From contig JBNJGP010000019.1 in the NCBI GenBank assembly GCA_051747805.1, positions 1-36,134 of the forward strand: a stretch of 36,134 nucleotides of DNA, read 5' to 3'. This document shows positions 18,207 through 27,299 of the stretch, one piece after another. Position numbers and translations under genes: made by a program. Numbering within the stretch: position 1 is the first letter of the stretch; the number at the start of each line of letters is the position of its first letter. Under the pieces are notes generated by a model that saw only the letters and a list, made by a program, of their open reading frames with translations, was not told where the DNA came from and did not search any database. The stretch is from Candidatus Muiribacteriota bacterium (GTDB lineage: Bacteria > Muiribacteriota > Muiribacteriia > Muiribacteriales > Muiribacteriaceae).

Positions 18207-19054
18207 GAAATATATTATTAATTTCTGTAATTGTTATTCTTTTAGTGCTTAATATGTTTGTGTTTTTTGTTGATCAGACTGAATATGCTATTGTTTTGAG
18301 ATTTGGTGAGTTTAAGAGAGAAATAAAAGAACCTGGTTTAAATTATCGAATTCCTTTTGTTGAAACAGTTGTCTTTTTTCAAAATAAAGTTCTGGATTAT
18401 GACTCAGAACCAGCAACTATAATTACTAAGGATAAAAAAACTATGATTGTTGATAATTTTGCCAAGTGGAAAATAATTGACCCATTAAAGTTTTTCAAAA
18501 GCGCTGTTAATGAAGTGGGAATGATTGGACGGCTGGATGATATTGTTTATTCAAAGCTCCGGTCAGAACTTGGAGGCTTCGAGTTTATTGATATAATATC
18601 CTCAAAAAGGACTGTTATCATGGAAAATGTAACTAGACAGTCAAATGAATTAGCAGCGGAATATGGTGTAGAAATAATTGATGTGAGAATAAAGAGAGCT
18701 GATTTACCTCAAGAAAATGAAGAGGCAGTTTTCAATGAGATGCGGACTGAAAGAAATATGTTTGCCAGACAATACCGGGCAGAAGGTCGTGAGGAGGCCA
18801 AAGACATTACATCTCAGGCAGACACCGAAGTTGAAGAGATTAAATCAGCAGCCTATAAAGAGTCACAGAATATTATTGGTGAGGCAGAAAAAGAGGCTAT
18901 TAAAATTTATGCTGACGCTTATGAAGAAGGTGAAGAATTTTATTTCTTTTTGAAAAAACTTGAAATTATGGAAAAAACTTTTAATGAAGAAACAAAAGTG
19001 ATACTATCTACAGATAGTGAGCTCTTTGACCTTCTTAATAATTTTGAAATTTAA
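18203..19054 (+). CDS. hflC: FtsH modulator HflC
   Basis: IVLRFGE, TKDKKTMIVDNFAKWKI, DVRIKRADLP, MRTER...YRAEGREEA; paired with hflK by a 4-nt overlap. Confidence 0.93.
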   Translation: MRNILLISVIVILLVLNMFVFFVDQTEYAIVLRFGEFKREIKEPGLNYRIPFVETVVFFQNKVLDYDSEPATIITKDKKTMIVDNFAKWKIIDPLKFFKSAVNEVGMIGRLDDIVYSKLRSELGGFEFIDIISSKRTVIMENVTRQSNELAAEYGVEIIDVRIKRADLPQENEEAVFNEMRTERNMFARQYRAEGREEAKDITSQADTEVEEIKSAAYKESQNIIGEAEKEAIKIYADAYEEGEEFYFFLKKLEIMEKTFNEETKVILSTDSELFDLLNNFEI

Positions 19055-19062
19055 AATTTAAT

Positions 19063-21042
19063 ATGAAAAGTGCGCTTGTTTTATTTGAAAAAGCTCTTGA
19101 TTCTAAAGAATATATGGAGCTTTTACGATTTAAATTTGGTTTTAATAGTATTTTTGAAAAAATTGGAAAAGAAATTATTTATTCTAAAAATTTTGAATAT
19201 TTTTTGAATTCAATTTTTTCTGAGCTGAAAGAATTTCTTCCAGATAACGATTTTTCTGTTAAAATATGGGATATAATAGAGTTTTCTACGTGTGGGGAAA
19301 AAAATAATAAAAAAGATGTTTTAAACATTAAGCTGGAGTTTTTAAGTTTAACTGTTGGTTCGTTTGCTGTTTACGGAGAAGAAGTTAAATCAGACTGGGT
19401 TGAACTTTTAAAATTTTTATCGTCACAGATTTCTCTTTATTATATTTTTTTTAATAAGGATAGTGTATTTAATCAAATTTCATCAGGTCAGCAGAGTATA
19501 TCACAGATTAATTATAAATATAATGAGCTGAATAAAATTAATAAAATTCTTTCAAATTTCTTTTTAAAAGATACTGAAAACGATAATATTTACCTTTTTT
19601 CAAAAAGCGTTGAATCCGATGAGTTTAATTATGTAGAAAACTTTAAAAGCAGAGAGGTAGATTTTAACTCTTCAGAACATTCCAGCATGTTAAACTCCTT
19701 AATTGAAAAGGCTCTTTTTGAAAAATATAAAGTTGTAGAATTAAACTCTTCTCAAAAAAGAATTTTTTCTGCAATGTTTGGGATAAGGGCCTCTTCCTAT
19801 TTAGTTTTAACTATTCGAAATATAGAAGAGGTTCTTGGTATACTTATTATTACAAGTAAAAAGAGGATTGATTTTGATTTTGAAAAAATTATTCCTGTTT
19901 ATTCTCTTTACTATGAAAAACTTTTTACATTTTTAAACAAAGTATGGAAAGAAAAAAAGCAGGCTCAGTTAAATGAAATTTATAAACTGGCCTCAAAAAT
20001 TATTGAAAAGCACTCTCTGTTGAAAGAGGATAAAAATACAGATATGCTTTTTGGATTTTTCATGAAACATTTTGATCTTGAAGAAACCGGGTTATATTTT
20101 ATTAATGAAAAAAAAGAAATTCAGAAATGGTATTCATCTTCTGAAAGGTTAAGGAGAAATCTTTCAAAAATAAATTTTCATAATGCAACTGGTTTTATTA
20201 AAGATATGAACGATAAGCGCATTTCTTATAATATTTATAAAATTGGAAAGTTTCAAAAAGGAGTTTTGTTTTTTGTTTTTAAAAATAAAACCCATTTAAC
20301 TGATTATAAGCTGAACGCTGTATATCATACAGGGTTGCTGTTATTTAATATTTTATACAGTAAAAATATGGCCGAAAGGTTGCAGGAGCTTGATAGATAC
20401 GCTGTTATTGGAAAAATGGCACGGGAAATGGCACATGAAATAAGAAATCCGCTTGGAGGAATAAAGCTTTATATTGAAATGTTAAAAAAACGTTTGGAAG
20501 ATTCCAGTAACAGAGAGATTTTTGAAGGGATACAAAGTGGTATTATTAGTATTAACAACGTTATTCATTCTATGTTACAGTTTAACTGCGAAAATGAAAT
20601 TTCAAAAAAAAATATAAATATTAAACAAATTATTTCAGAAACTTTTAAAACTTTTCCGTTAAAAAATAAAGTTAATCTTGAAATTATTAATAATTCAAGT
20701 TTAGAGGAAATATTCTGTGATAAGGAAAAAATAAAAAGAGTTTTTGTAAATATTTTAAAAAATGCACACGAGGCCCTGGAAAACAGGAAAAATAAGAAAG
20801 TTCGTGTTATAATTAATGATGAAGAAGATGGTGTTGTTTTTTCGTTCTGGAATAATGGGGGCGAGATTTCTTCTGAAGAGAAAAAAAATCTCTTTATGCC
20901 CTTTTATACAACAAAAGATGGAGGTAACGGGCTGGGACTTGTTATTGTAAAAAAAATAATTAATCTTCACAATGGAAATATTTCTGTTAAAAATGAGAAC
21001 GGCTGGACCGGATTTAATATTTTTTTACCAGGAGGAAATTAA
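19063..21042 (+). CDS. Cytoplasmic NtrB-family sensor histidine kinase
   Basis: H box AHEIRNPLGG, N box NILKNA, G1 variant WNNGG, F box LFMPFYTTK, G2 GNGLGL; no clear TM; N-terminal region possibly degenerate GAF-like. Confidence 0.88.
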   Translation: MKSALVLFEKALDSKEYMELLRFKFGFNSIFEKIGKEIIYSKNFEYFLNSIFSELKEFLPDNDFSVKIWDIIEFSTCGEKNNKKDVLNIKLEFLSLTVGSFAVYGEEVKSDWVELLKFLSSQISLYYIFFNKDSVFNQISSGQQSISQINYKYNELNKINKILSNFFLKDTENDNIYLFSKSVESDEFNYVENFKSREVDFNSSEHSSMLNSLIEKALFEKYKVVELNSSQKRIFSAMFGIRASSYLVLTIRNIEEVLGILIITSKKRIDFDFEKIIPVYSLYYEKLFTFLNKVWKEKKQAQLNEIYKLASKIIEKHSLLKEDKNTDMLFGFFMKHFDLEETGLYFINEKKEIQKWYSSSERLRRNLSKINFHNATGFIKDMNDKRISYNIYKIGKFQKGVLFFVFKNKTHLTDYKLNAVYHTGLLLFNILYSKNMAERLQELDRYAVIGKMAREMAHEIRNPLGGIKLYIEMLKKRLEDSSNREIFEGIQSGIISINNVIHSMLQFNCENEISKKNINIKQIISETFKTFPLKNKVNLEIINNSSLEEIFCDKEKIKRVFVNILKNAHEALENRKNKKVRVIINDEEDGVVFSFWNNGGEISSEEKKNLFMPFYTTKDGGNGLGLVIVKKIINLHNGNISVKNENGWTGFNIFLPGGN

Positions 21043-21044
21043 TA

Positions 21045-22415
21045 TTGAAACTTAGAATACTAGTAATAGATGATGAAGAAATAATGTGTAATTCTCTTGC
21101 GCTGCACTTAAAAGAAGAAAAACATGATGTTTTAAAAGCTTACTCAGGTGAAGAGGCGCTTGAAATCATCTCTCAAAAACAAATTGACCTTGTTATTACG
21201 GATTTAAGACTTGGTGATATAGATGGGATAAATCTCATAAAAAAAATCAAAGAAAAATTTAAAAATAGCAATTCATTCTATTTTATTATAATGACAGCAT
21301 ATGGAACTATGGAAAAAGCCCTGGAGGCTGGAAAACTTGGGGTTTATTATTTTATTACAAAACCTTTTTCCATGGAACAGGTTAATATTGTTGTTGAGAA
21401 AGTACAGAAAGATATCGAGCTTAATCAGGATAACTATGAGTTCAGAAAAATATTAAATAAAAAATATAATTTTTCAAATATTATTGGTAGATGCGATGCA
21501 ATGCAGAAAGTATTTGAAATTATTGAAAAGGTCTCAAAAATTGATGTTACTGTTTTAATAACTGGTGAATCTGGAACAGGAAAAGAACTTGTGGCAAATG
21601 CAATTCATTATAACAGTCAAAGGAAGAATAAACCTTTAATAAAGATGAACTGCTCGGCATTTCCCGAGAATCTTCTTGAATCAGAACTATTTGGTTATGA
21701 AAAAGGTGCATTTACTGGCGCAGACAAAACACATAAAGGAAAATTTCAGTTGGCCGATACAGGCACTGTTTTTCTTGATGAAATTGCAGATATGCAACTT
21801 AGTCTGCAGGCTAAAATGCTCAGGGTGCTTCAGAACAAAACTGTTGAACCGTTAGGAAGCACAAAATCGTTTGAGATAGATGTAAGAATTATTGCTGCCA
21901 CAAACCAGGAGCTTGAAAAACTTGTTGGGAATAAAGAGTTTCGCCAGGATTTATATTATCGTTTAAATGTTGTGAACATAAAATTGCCGCCTCTTAGAGT
22001 GAGAGGAGATGATATTATTTTAATTACTGATTATCTTATTAAAAAATTTAATAAAGAATTTAATAAAAATATTAAGGGTATTTCAGAAGAAGTTAAAAAG
22101 AGTTTTTATAAATATAAATGGCCTGGAAATGTCAGAGAACTTGAAAATATAATTCAGCATTCAATGGTTTTTTGTGAGGGGGATATTATAAAACAGAGTG
22201 ATTTACCTGATTTTTTTGCACAGACTGAAATAAATTATGATTTTGATAAAGGGTCACTGGCAGAAGTTGAAAAAATTCATATTTTGCATATTCTCCAACA
22301 AAACAATTATAATATCAGTAAGGCTGCAAAAATTTTAAAAATTGACAGAAAAACACTTTATAATAAAATGGAAAAATATGGATTATCGGAAAAACAAAAA
22401 CAAAAAAATAATTGA
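21045..22415 (+). CDS. Sigma54-dependent response regulator (NtrC/PilR family)
   Basis: Receiver (VIDDE, ITDLRL, MTAYG, KPF), AAA+ GESGTGKE, GAFTGA, FLDEI, WPGNVRELEN, Fis-type HTH. Confidence 0.93.
   Translation: MKLRILVIDDEEIMCNSLALHLKEEKHDVLKAYSGEEALEIISQKQIDLVITDLRLGDIDGINLIKKIKEKFKNSNSFYFIIMTAYGTMEKALEAGKLGVYYFITKPFSMEQVNIVVEKVQKDIELNQDNYEFRKILNKKYNFSNIIGRCDAMQKVFEIIEKVSKIDVTVLITGESGTGKELVANAIHYNSQRKNKPLIKMNCSAFPENLLESELFGYEKGAFTGADKTHKGKFQLADTGTVFLDEIADMQLSLQAKMLRVLQNKTVEPLGSTKSFEIDVRIIAATNQELEKLVGNKEFRQDLYYRLNVVNIKLPPLRVRGDDIILITDYLIKKFNKEFNKNIKGISEEVKKSFYKYKWPGNVRELENIIQHSMVFCEGDIIKQSDLPDFFAQTEINYDFDKGSLAEVEKIHILHILQQNNYNISKAAKILKIDRKTLYNKMEKYGLSEKQKQKNN
22342..22369 (+). promoter_or_regulatory. 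Possible internal sigma70 promoter for the TPR-C39-Lnt/TolC-RND module
   Basis: TTGACA (22342-22347), 16 nt spacer, TAAAAT (22364-22369), 8 nt before ATG 22378. It lies inside coding sequence, so it may be chance. Confidence 0.3.
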
Positions 22416-23985
22416 TTTAAATAAATTTCTGGATGGTAAGGAAAGTATTGGTTCTGATAATGATGAAAAAACGGCTGATTTTGATGAGCAATTACACTTA
22501 TTTAAAGAGAATATTAATTTCAATCCTTTTGACCATAAGCATTTTTTATTAATAGCTGATTTCTGTATTCAAAAAAATATGCATTCAGAAGCTATCAATT
22601 ATCTAAAACAGGCAAAACAGATTAATTCCAATAGCCCGGATATTTATTATAAACTTGGTATTATTTACTATTCTTTTAAGCATTATGATTTTGCGAAAGA
22701 AGAGTTTTTAAAAGTATTAGAACTTAATCCTGAGAATGTATATTCTTATTTAAATTTAACAAATATTTTTTTAAAGGAAAATCTTTTAATTGAGGCAGAA
22801 CATATTTTGAAAAAAGGAGTTAATTATAATCCGAATGATAAACTGCTTCTTAATAATTACGGTGTTGTTCTGGCCAGACTTCAAAAATATGATGAGGCAA
22901 TAAAAATATGGGAAAAACTTGAGAGCCTGGTTCCTGATGAAGTAGAGGCAAAATATAATCTTGCGATTACATACTCAAAAATGGGAATGGTGGAAATAGC
23001 TATTTCAAAATTCAAAAAAATAATAAAAAAAGTTAAAGATGACTTTGGAGTTTTTGCTAATTTAGCTAGCCTCTATGAAAAAAAACATGATTTTGAAAAT
23101 GCCCAGAAAATGTATAGAGAAGCCCTTAAATTAGAACCTGATAATTATGGAGTGCTAAGTTCTTTTGGACTTATGCAGGCAAAAAAAGGTAATTATAACG
23201 AGGCAATAAAAATTTATAGAGAAATATGCAGGAAAGAACCAGGAAATGTTAAAAACTTAATGAATCTTTCTATGATATATGCTGTTCAGGGAAAATATTC
23301 GCAGGCAGTTTCTATTCTTTCCGAGGCGGAAAAAGATGAACATTCTGATCCCGAGGTTATGTTGAATCTGGCTATAAATTATTCAAATATGGATGATTTT
23401 GAAAAAGCCTCACTTTATTTTGAAAAAACTATTAAATTAAACCCTAATAACCAGGAGCCTTATTTGCATTTTTCAAAATATCTGCTTCAAAAAAACGAGT
23501 ATGCTTTTGCAGCAGAGGTTCTGAAAAAAGGTTGTGATAGAATTGAAGATAATTTATCTCTTAAGTATCTCTATGCAAAAGCTTTGTTTAAAAGTGGCAG
23601 GTATAATGAGGCGTCTTCAAGTTTAATTAACCTCATAAAAAAACATCCTGATAACTATGCTGCTTATGAGCTTCTGATAAAACTTTACCGCCATAAAAAA
23701 AGATACTCAAGAATTTTATTAATTTATGAGGAGGCGGTAAAAAATATTGAAAATAATCCCCGGCTTTTTATTGATTACGGGGTTGAGTTAGTTGAAAATA
23801 ATCAGCATGAAAAAGGTATTATTTTTTTGCAAAAGGCTGAAAAAATAACTCCAAAAAATCAGAAAATGTATTATTATTTATTTGTTGCCTTCAAAAAAAC
23901 TGATAATAAACAGGAGGCAGAAAAATATAAACAAAAATGTATAAACATAAATCCTTTTTCAAGCTGGGCGAAAAAAATTGATTAA
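22378..23985 (+). CDS. Large TPR-repeat protein
   Basis: More than 10 consecutive TPR-like repeats; ATG 22378 preferred to the track TTG at 22342. Confidence 0.87.
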   Translation: MDYRKNKNKKIIDLNKFLDGKESIGSDNDEKTADFDEQLHLFKENINFNPFDHKHFLLIADFCIQKNMHSEAINYLKQAKQINSNSPDIYYKLGIIYYSFKHYDFAKEEFLKVLELNPENVYSYLNLTNIFLKENLLIEAEHILKKGVNYNPNDKLLLNNYGVVLARLQKYDEAIKIWEKLESLVPDEVEAKYNLAITYSKMGMVEIAISKFKKIIKKVKDDFGVFANLASLYEKKHDFENAQKMYREALKLEPDNYGVLSSFGLMQAKKGNYNEAIKIYREICRKEPGNVKNLMNLSMIYAVQGKYSQAVSILSEAEKDEHSDPEVMLNLAINYSNMDDFEKASLYFEKTIKLNPNNQEPYLHFSKYLLQKNEYAFAAEVLKKGCDRIEDNLSLKYLYAKALFKSGRYNEASSSLINLIKKHPDNYAAYELLIKLYRHKKRYSRILLIYEEAVKNIENNPRLFIDYGVELVENNQHEKGIIFLQKAEKITPKNQKMYYYLFVAFKKTDNKQEAEKYKQKCININPFSSWAKKID

Positions 23986-24547
23986 AAAAAATTCACTTTT
24001 TTTTATTATAATACTATTAATATTTTATTCTCTGCTTTTTATATATGAAAACAAAAATGTTCATAAGCTTGCCCCTCTGCATTATAATAAAAGGGTTATT
24101 CCGGTTCCGGATAACACTTTTTATGCCGGTTTAATACTTGGAACTCATAAAAGGTTTTTACAACAGCATGAAGCCTCATGTGGACCTGCTTCTCTGAGAT
24201 ACCTTCTAAGCACTTCAGAAATTCATGTTTCTGAAAAGGAGCTTTTAAATAAAATAAACATAAGCGGAAAGGGCAGTTCTTTTTTGTCTCTGGTTGAGGT
24301 TGCTTCAGATTATGGAGTGAAGTTAAAAGGGGTAAGAACTGATTTAGAAAGTTTATCCAGCGTTCCAGCTGTGATTCATATAAATAATAGTCATTTTGTG
24401 GTGTATCTTCGGCACAGCGAGCATGATAAAAATGTTTATATTTTTGACCCTGAATATGGATATGTTCTTATTTTTTATAAAGATTTTAAAAAAATATGGA
24501 AAGGATATGCTTTAATAAATGAAAATCAGCTTGACAAAATTAATTAA
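23978..24547 (+). CDS. Stand-alone C39-family cysteine peptidase with N-terminal membrane anchor/signal
   Basis: QQHEASCGPASL (oxyanion Q and catalytic C), HINNSHFVV (H), IFDP (D), GSSFLSL, FKKIWKG; no ABC domain. Confidence 0.87.
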   Translation: MIKKNSLFFIIILLIFYSLLFIYENKNVHKLAPLHYNKRVIPVPDNTFYAGLILGTHKRFLQQHEASCGPASLRYLLSTSEIHVSEKELLNKINISGKGSSFLSLVEVASDYGVKLKGVRTDLESLSSVPAVIHINNSHFVVYLRHSEHDKNVYIFDPEYGYVLIFYKDFKKIWKGYALINENQLDKIN

Positions 24548-27299
24548 TGTTTTTATTGTTGCTATTTTAACGAGTATAACTCTATATTATTCTCTTCCCG
24601 GGCGATATGGTTTTTTTGTTTTTTTTCTTTTTCTTTTTCTTTATTATGCAATGGATAGGTTTTCAAAAAAAATGGCCTGCCTGACAGGTCTTATTGCTGG
24701 TCTGCTTTCTGGAATAATAATATATAGAGGTTTTTATCTTTATAGTAATTTAATTTATTTTTATGCGTTATCTCTTTTAGGTCTTAACTTATTTATATTT
24801 ATGTTTTTTTCAGTTTATAGGGGGAAAAAAACCGGCATATTATCATTTGTGCTGTTTGAATTTCTGAGAACACTTGGCCCTTTAGGATTTGCTTCAAATA
24901 TTGGGGTCCTTCTATATAACACATCTTTTGCTAGAATGGCGGCTTATGGCGGGATTTATGTTGTTTCATTTTTTATCCTTCTTATTAATTATTCAATCTG
25001 GGAGTATGGAATAAAACCAAAAAAGTATAAAATAGTTTTATATATTGTAATTTTAATTCTAATTATATATGCTCTACCACCTCGCGAGTTGGATTCAGAG
25101 GGACGCAAATTAAATGTAGGAGTTGTTCAGGGCGGTATTCCGGACTGGATGTATGCTGCTGAAAATTTTGATGATTTTTTCAGCGATAAAATAAAAAAGA
25201 TTTATACTGAGCTTACAGAAAAAATTTCAACCGGGACTGATATTGTAATATGGCCCGAAACAGCTTTAAGAGATAATCTGTTTCATCCAAAAAATTATTT
25301 TTACAGAGCATTTTTTGAAAACCTGTCTCGAAGAACAGATACTTCTTATGCAATAGGAGCTCCTTTTAATATAGATAATAAAATTGAAACTAATTCCTTA
25401 TTTTTTATAGATGAAAATCATTTTAAAAGATATGATAAAATAATAACTGTTCCTATAGTTGAAGATTATTTTAAACGCGGCGATAGCCCGGAAACTCTTG
25501 GAAATGAAAAATTTACTTTTGTTCCTGTTATCTGCTTTGAGTCTATTTTTGAAAAAGCCATTTTAAGTACAAGCGCCCTTAATGCCGATTTTATTGTAGT
25601 TATAACAAATGATGCTGGATTTAGATATTCTGTAATCAAGGAGCTACATGCTGCATATTCTGTTTTCCGGGCAGTTGAGGCGGGAAAACCTGTTATAAGG
25701 GCCGCTCAAAGCGGCATAAGCATGATTATTGACGACAAAGGGAATGTTTTAAAAAAGAAAGATAAGTTTGAAACCGGAGTTTTAAAAGGAGGAGTTTATA
25801 TAACTAACAGTAATTCTTTTTATTCTTTAAATTATCTGTATATAATCTTTTCATATTTTGCCCTTTTTGTTTTGTTCTTTATATTAGAGGGGAAGAAAAA
25901 AATATCAAAAAAAACTTATTTTATTTCTTTCCTTGTTTTTTTATTAACGTTAAATCTTTATTGTGTAGATTTTAAAAAAATTGAACAGGAAGCTCTGAAA
26001 AATAATGCTGAGCTGCAGAAATTAAAAAATCAGCTTAAGGTAAATCAGTTAGAAATAAAGGAGGCAATAAAAAAAACCTATCCTTCTGCCTCTATCGAAT
26101 TTCAACGTATAGATACGGATACAACAAATGCCCTTCATACTGCTACCCCAAGAAAACAGTCAGATCCTTCAGCCCTTTTTAATATGGGTTTTCCGCTTTC
26201 TGCAGATGGAAGACTTTCTTTAAATATAGAAATTAATAAATTAAAATATGAGTTAAATCAAAGTATTTATAAGGCACGTGTGAAGGATATTACCTACTCT
26301 GTTCTTGAAATGTATATTGAAGTTTTAAAAAATTATCGTATATATAATGTTTCAAAAGAAATAGCCAATAGAGCTGGAGAACTTCTAAATATTTCTAAAG
26401 AGATTTATGATATGGGGAAAATTACCAGACTTGAATACCTTAACGCTAAAAAAGAGGCAGGAAGATTAGATTACGAGCTTACCTCAGCTGAGATGAAGTT
26501 TAATAACAGTTTTTTGAATTTGCTGACAGAAATAAATTCTGAGTACTTTGAGATTGATTCAATGTCTGACGTTCATGTGGAAAATGATTTTCAAATTTCT
26601 TTTGAGCAGTTGAAAAAGAATACTATTTCAAATAGACCTGAAGTAAGAATTTATGAGCTTGAAAAAGAAATTGCCGGAATGGAAGAAAAAATGGCAGAGC
26701 CTGCAAACCAGTCTTTTATAAATTTTGAGTATCACAGGGCAGGTGGTTTTAATCAGGCAAAAAACGAGTTTGATTTTCCGCTTAGCAGCGAGGGATATAC
26801 TTTTGGACTGTTTTTTGAAAGACCACTTGGTAGACATAAAACAACTTTAACAAGAGAGTATGAAAAAGTTGGCAGGAAACAAACCAGTCATCTTGAAGGA
26901 ACTGTTCTTATTCAGGATAAAATTATGTTTGATTTATTTGAGAATGGGACAGAGAAATCTCAAATAGAGATTAAAAAAATAGAAAAAGAATATTACCGTA
27001 GAAGATATGAGAATTTGTTAAATGATATTGTTCTTGAGGCTGTAAACAGTTATAATAGATTAGAGGCTGCACGGAAATTAACAGGGGTTCAACAGGAAAT
27101 TACAGCGTATTATAATGAAAAAATCCAAATTGAAGAAGAAAAATATAATATGGGTCAGTTTTCCATGCCTGATTTACTTGAAAGTTATGTTGAATCACTT
27201 TTTGAAAGACAGAAATACTTTGAGGCACTTTATGAGTATAAGCAGGCTTTTTTTGCTTTAAAGCATAATATGGGAGAGTTAAATGCCAAAGATTTATAA
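24519..27299 (+). CDS. lnt: Apolipoprotein N-acyltransferase (Lnt) fused to a TolC-family outer membrane factor
   Basis: Residues about 1-457: multi-TM region plus nitrilase fold with triad WPE, YDK, ICFE, and ITND, FRAVE, GISMIID. Residues about 483-926: two-repeat OEP pattern (ALKNNAEL...YP...YIEVL...YDMGKIT; NRPEV...YNRL...YNMGQFS). One continuous frame. Confidence 0.8.
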   Translation: MKISLTKLINVFIVAILTSITLYYSLPGRYGFFVFFLFLFLYYAMDRFSKKMACLTGLIAGLLSGIIIYRGFYLYSNLIYFYALSLLGLNLFIFMFFSVYRGKKTGILSFVLFEFLRTLGPLGFASNIGVLLYNTSFARMAAYGGIYVVSFFILLINYSIWEYGIKPKKYKIVLYIVILILIIYALPPRELDSEGRKLNVGVVQGGIPDWMYAAENFDDFFSDKIKKIYTELTEKISTGTDIVIWPETALRDNLFHPKNYFYRAFFENLSRRTDTSYAIGAPFNIDNKIETNSLFFIDENHFKRYDKIITVPIVEDYFKRGDSPETLGNEKFTFVPVICFESIFEKAILSTSALNADFIVVITNDAGFRYSVIKELHAAYSVFRAVEAGKPVIRAAQSGISMIIDDKGNVLKKKDKFETGVLKGGVYITNSNSFYSLNYLYIIFSYFALFVLFFILEGKKKISKKTYFISFLVFLLTLNLYCVDFKKIEQEALKNNAELQKLKNQLKVNQLEIKEAIKKTYPSASIEFQRIDTDTTNALHTATPRKQSDPSALFNMGFPLSADGRLSLNIEINKLKYELNQSIYKARVKDITYSVLEMYIEVLKNYRIYNVSKEIANRAGELLNISKEIYDMGKITRLEYLNAKKEAGRLDYELTSAEMKFNNSFLNLLTEINSEYFEIDSMSDVHVENDFQISFEQLKKNTISNRPEVRIYELEKEIAGMEEKMAEPANQSFINFEYHRAGGFNQAKNEFDFPLSSEGYTFGLFFERPLGRHKTTLTREYEKVGRKQTSHLEGTVLIQDKIMFDLFENGTEKSQIEIKKIEKEYYRRRYENLLNDIVLEAVNSYNRLEAARKLTGVQQEITAYYNEKIQIEEEKYNMGQFSMPDLLESYVESLFERQKYFEALYEYKQAFFALKHNMGELNAKDL

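Noticed and set aside
25950..25964. Lipobox at the Lnt-TolC junction cysteine (NLYC)
   Set aside because: It does not match [LVI][ASTVI][GAS]C; a signal peptidase I-type site is more plausible, though not proven.
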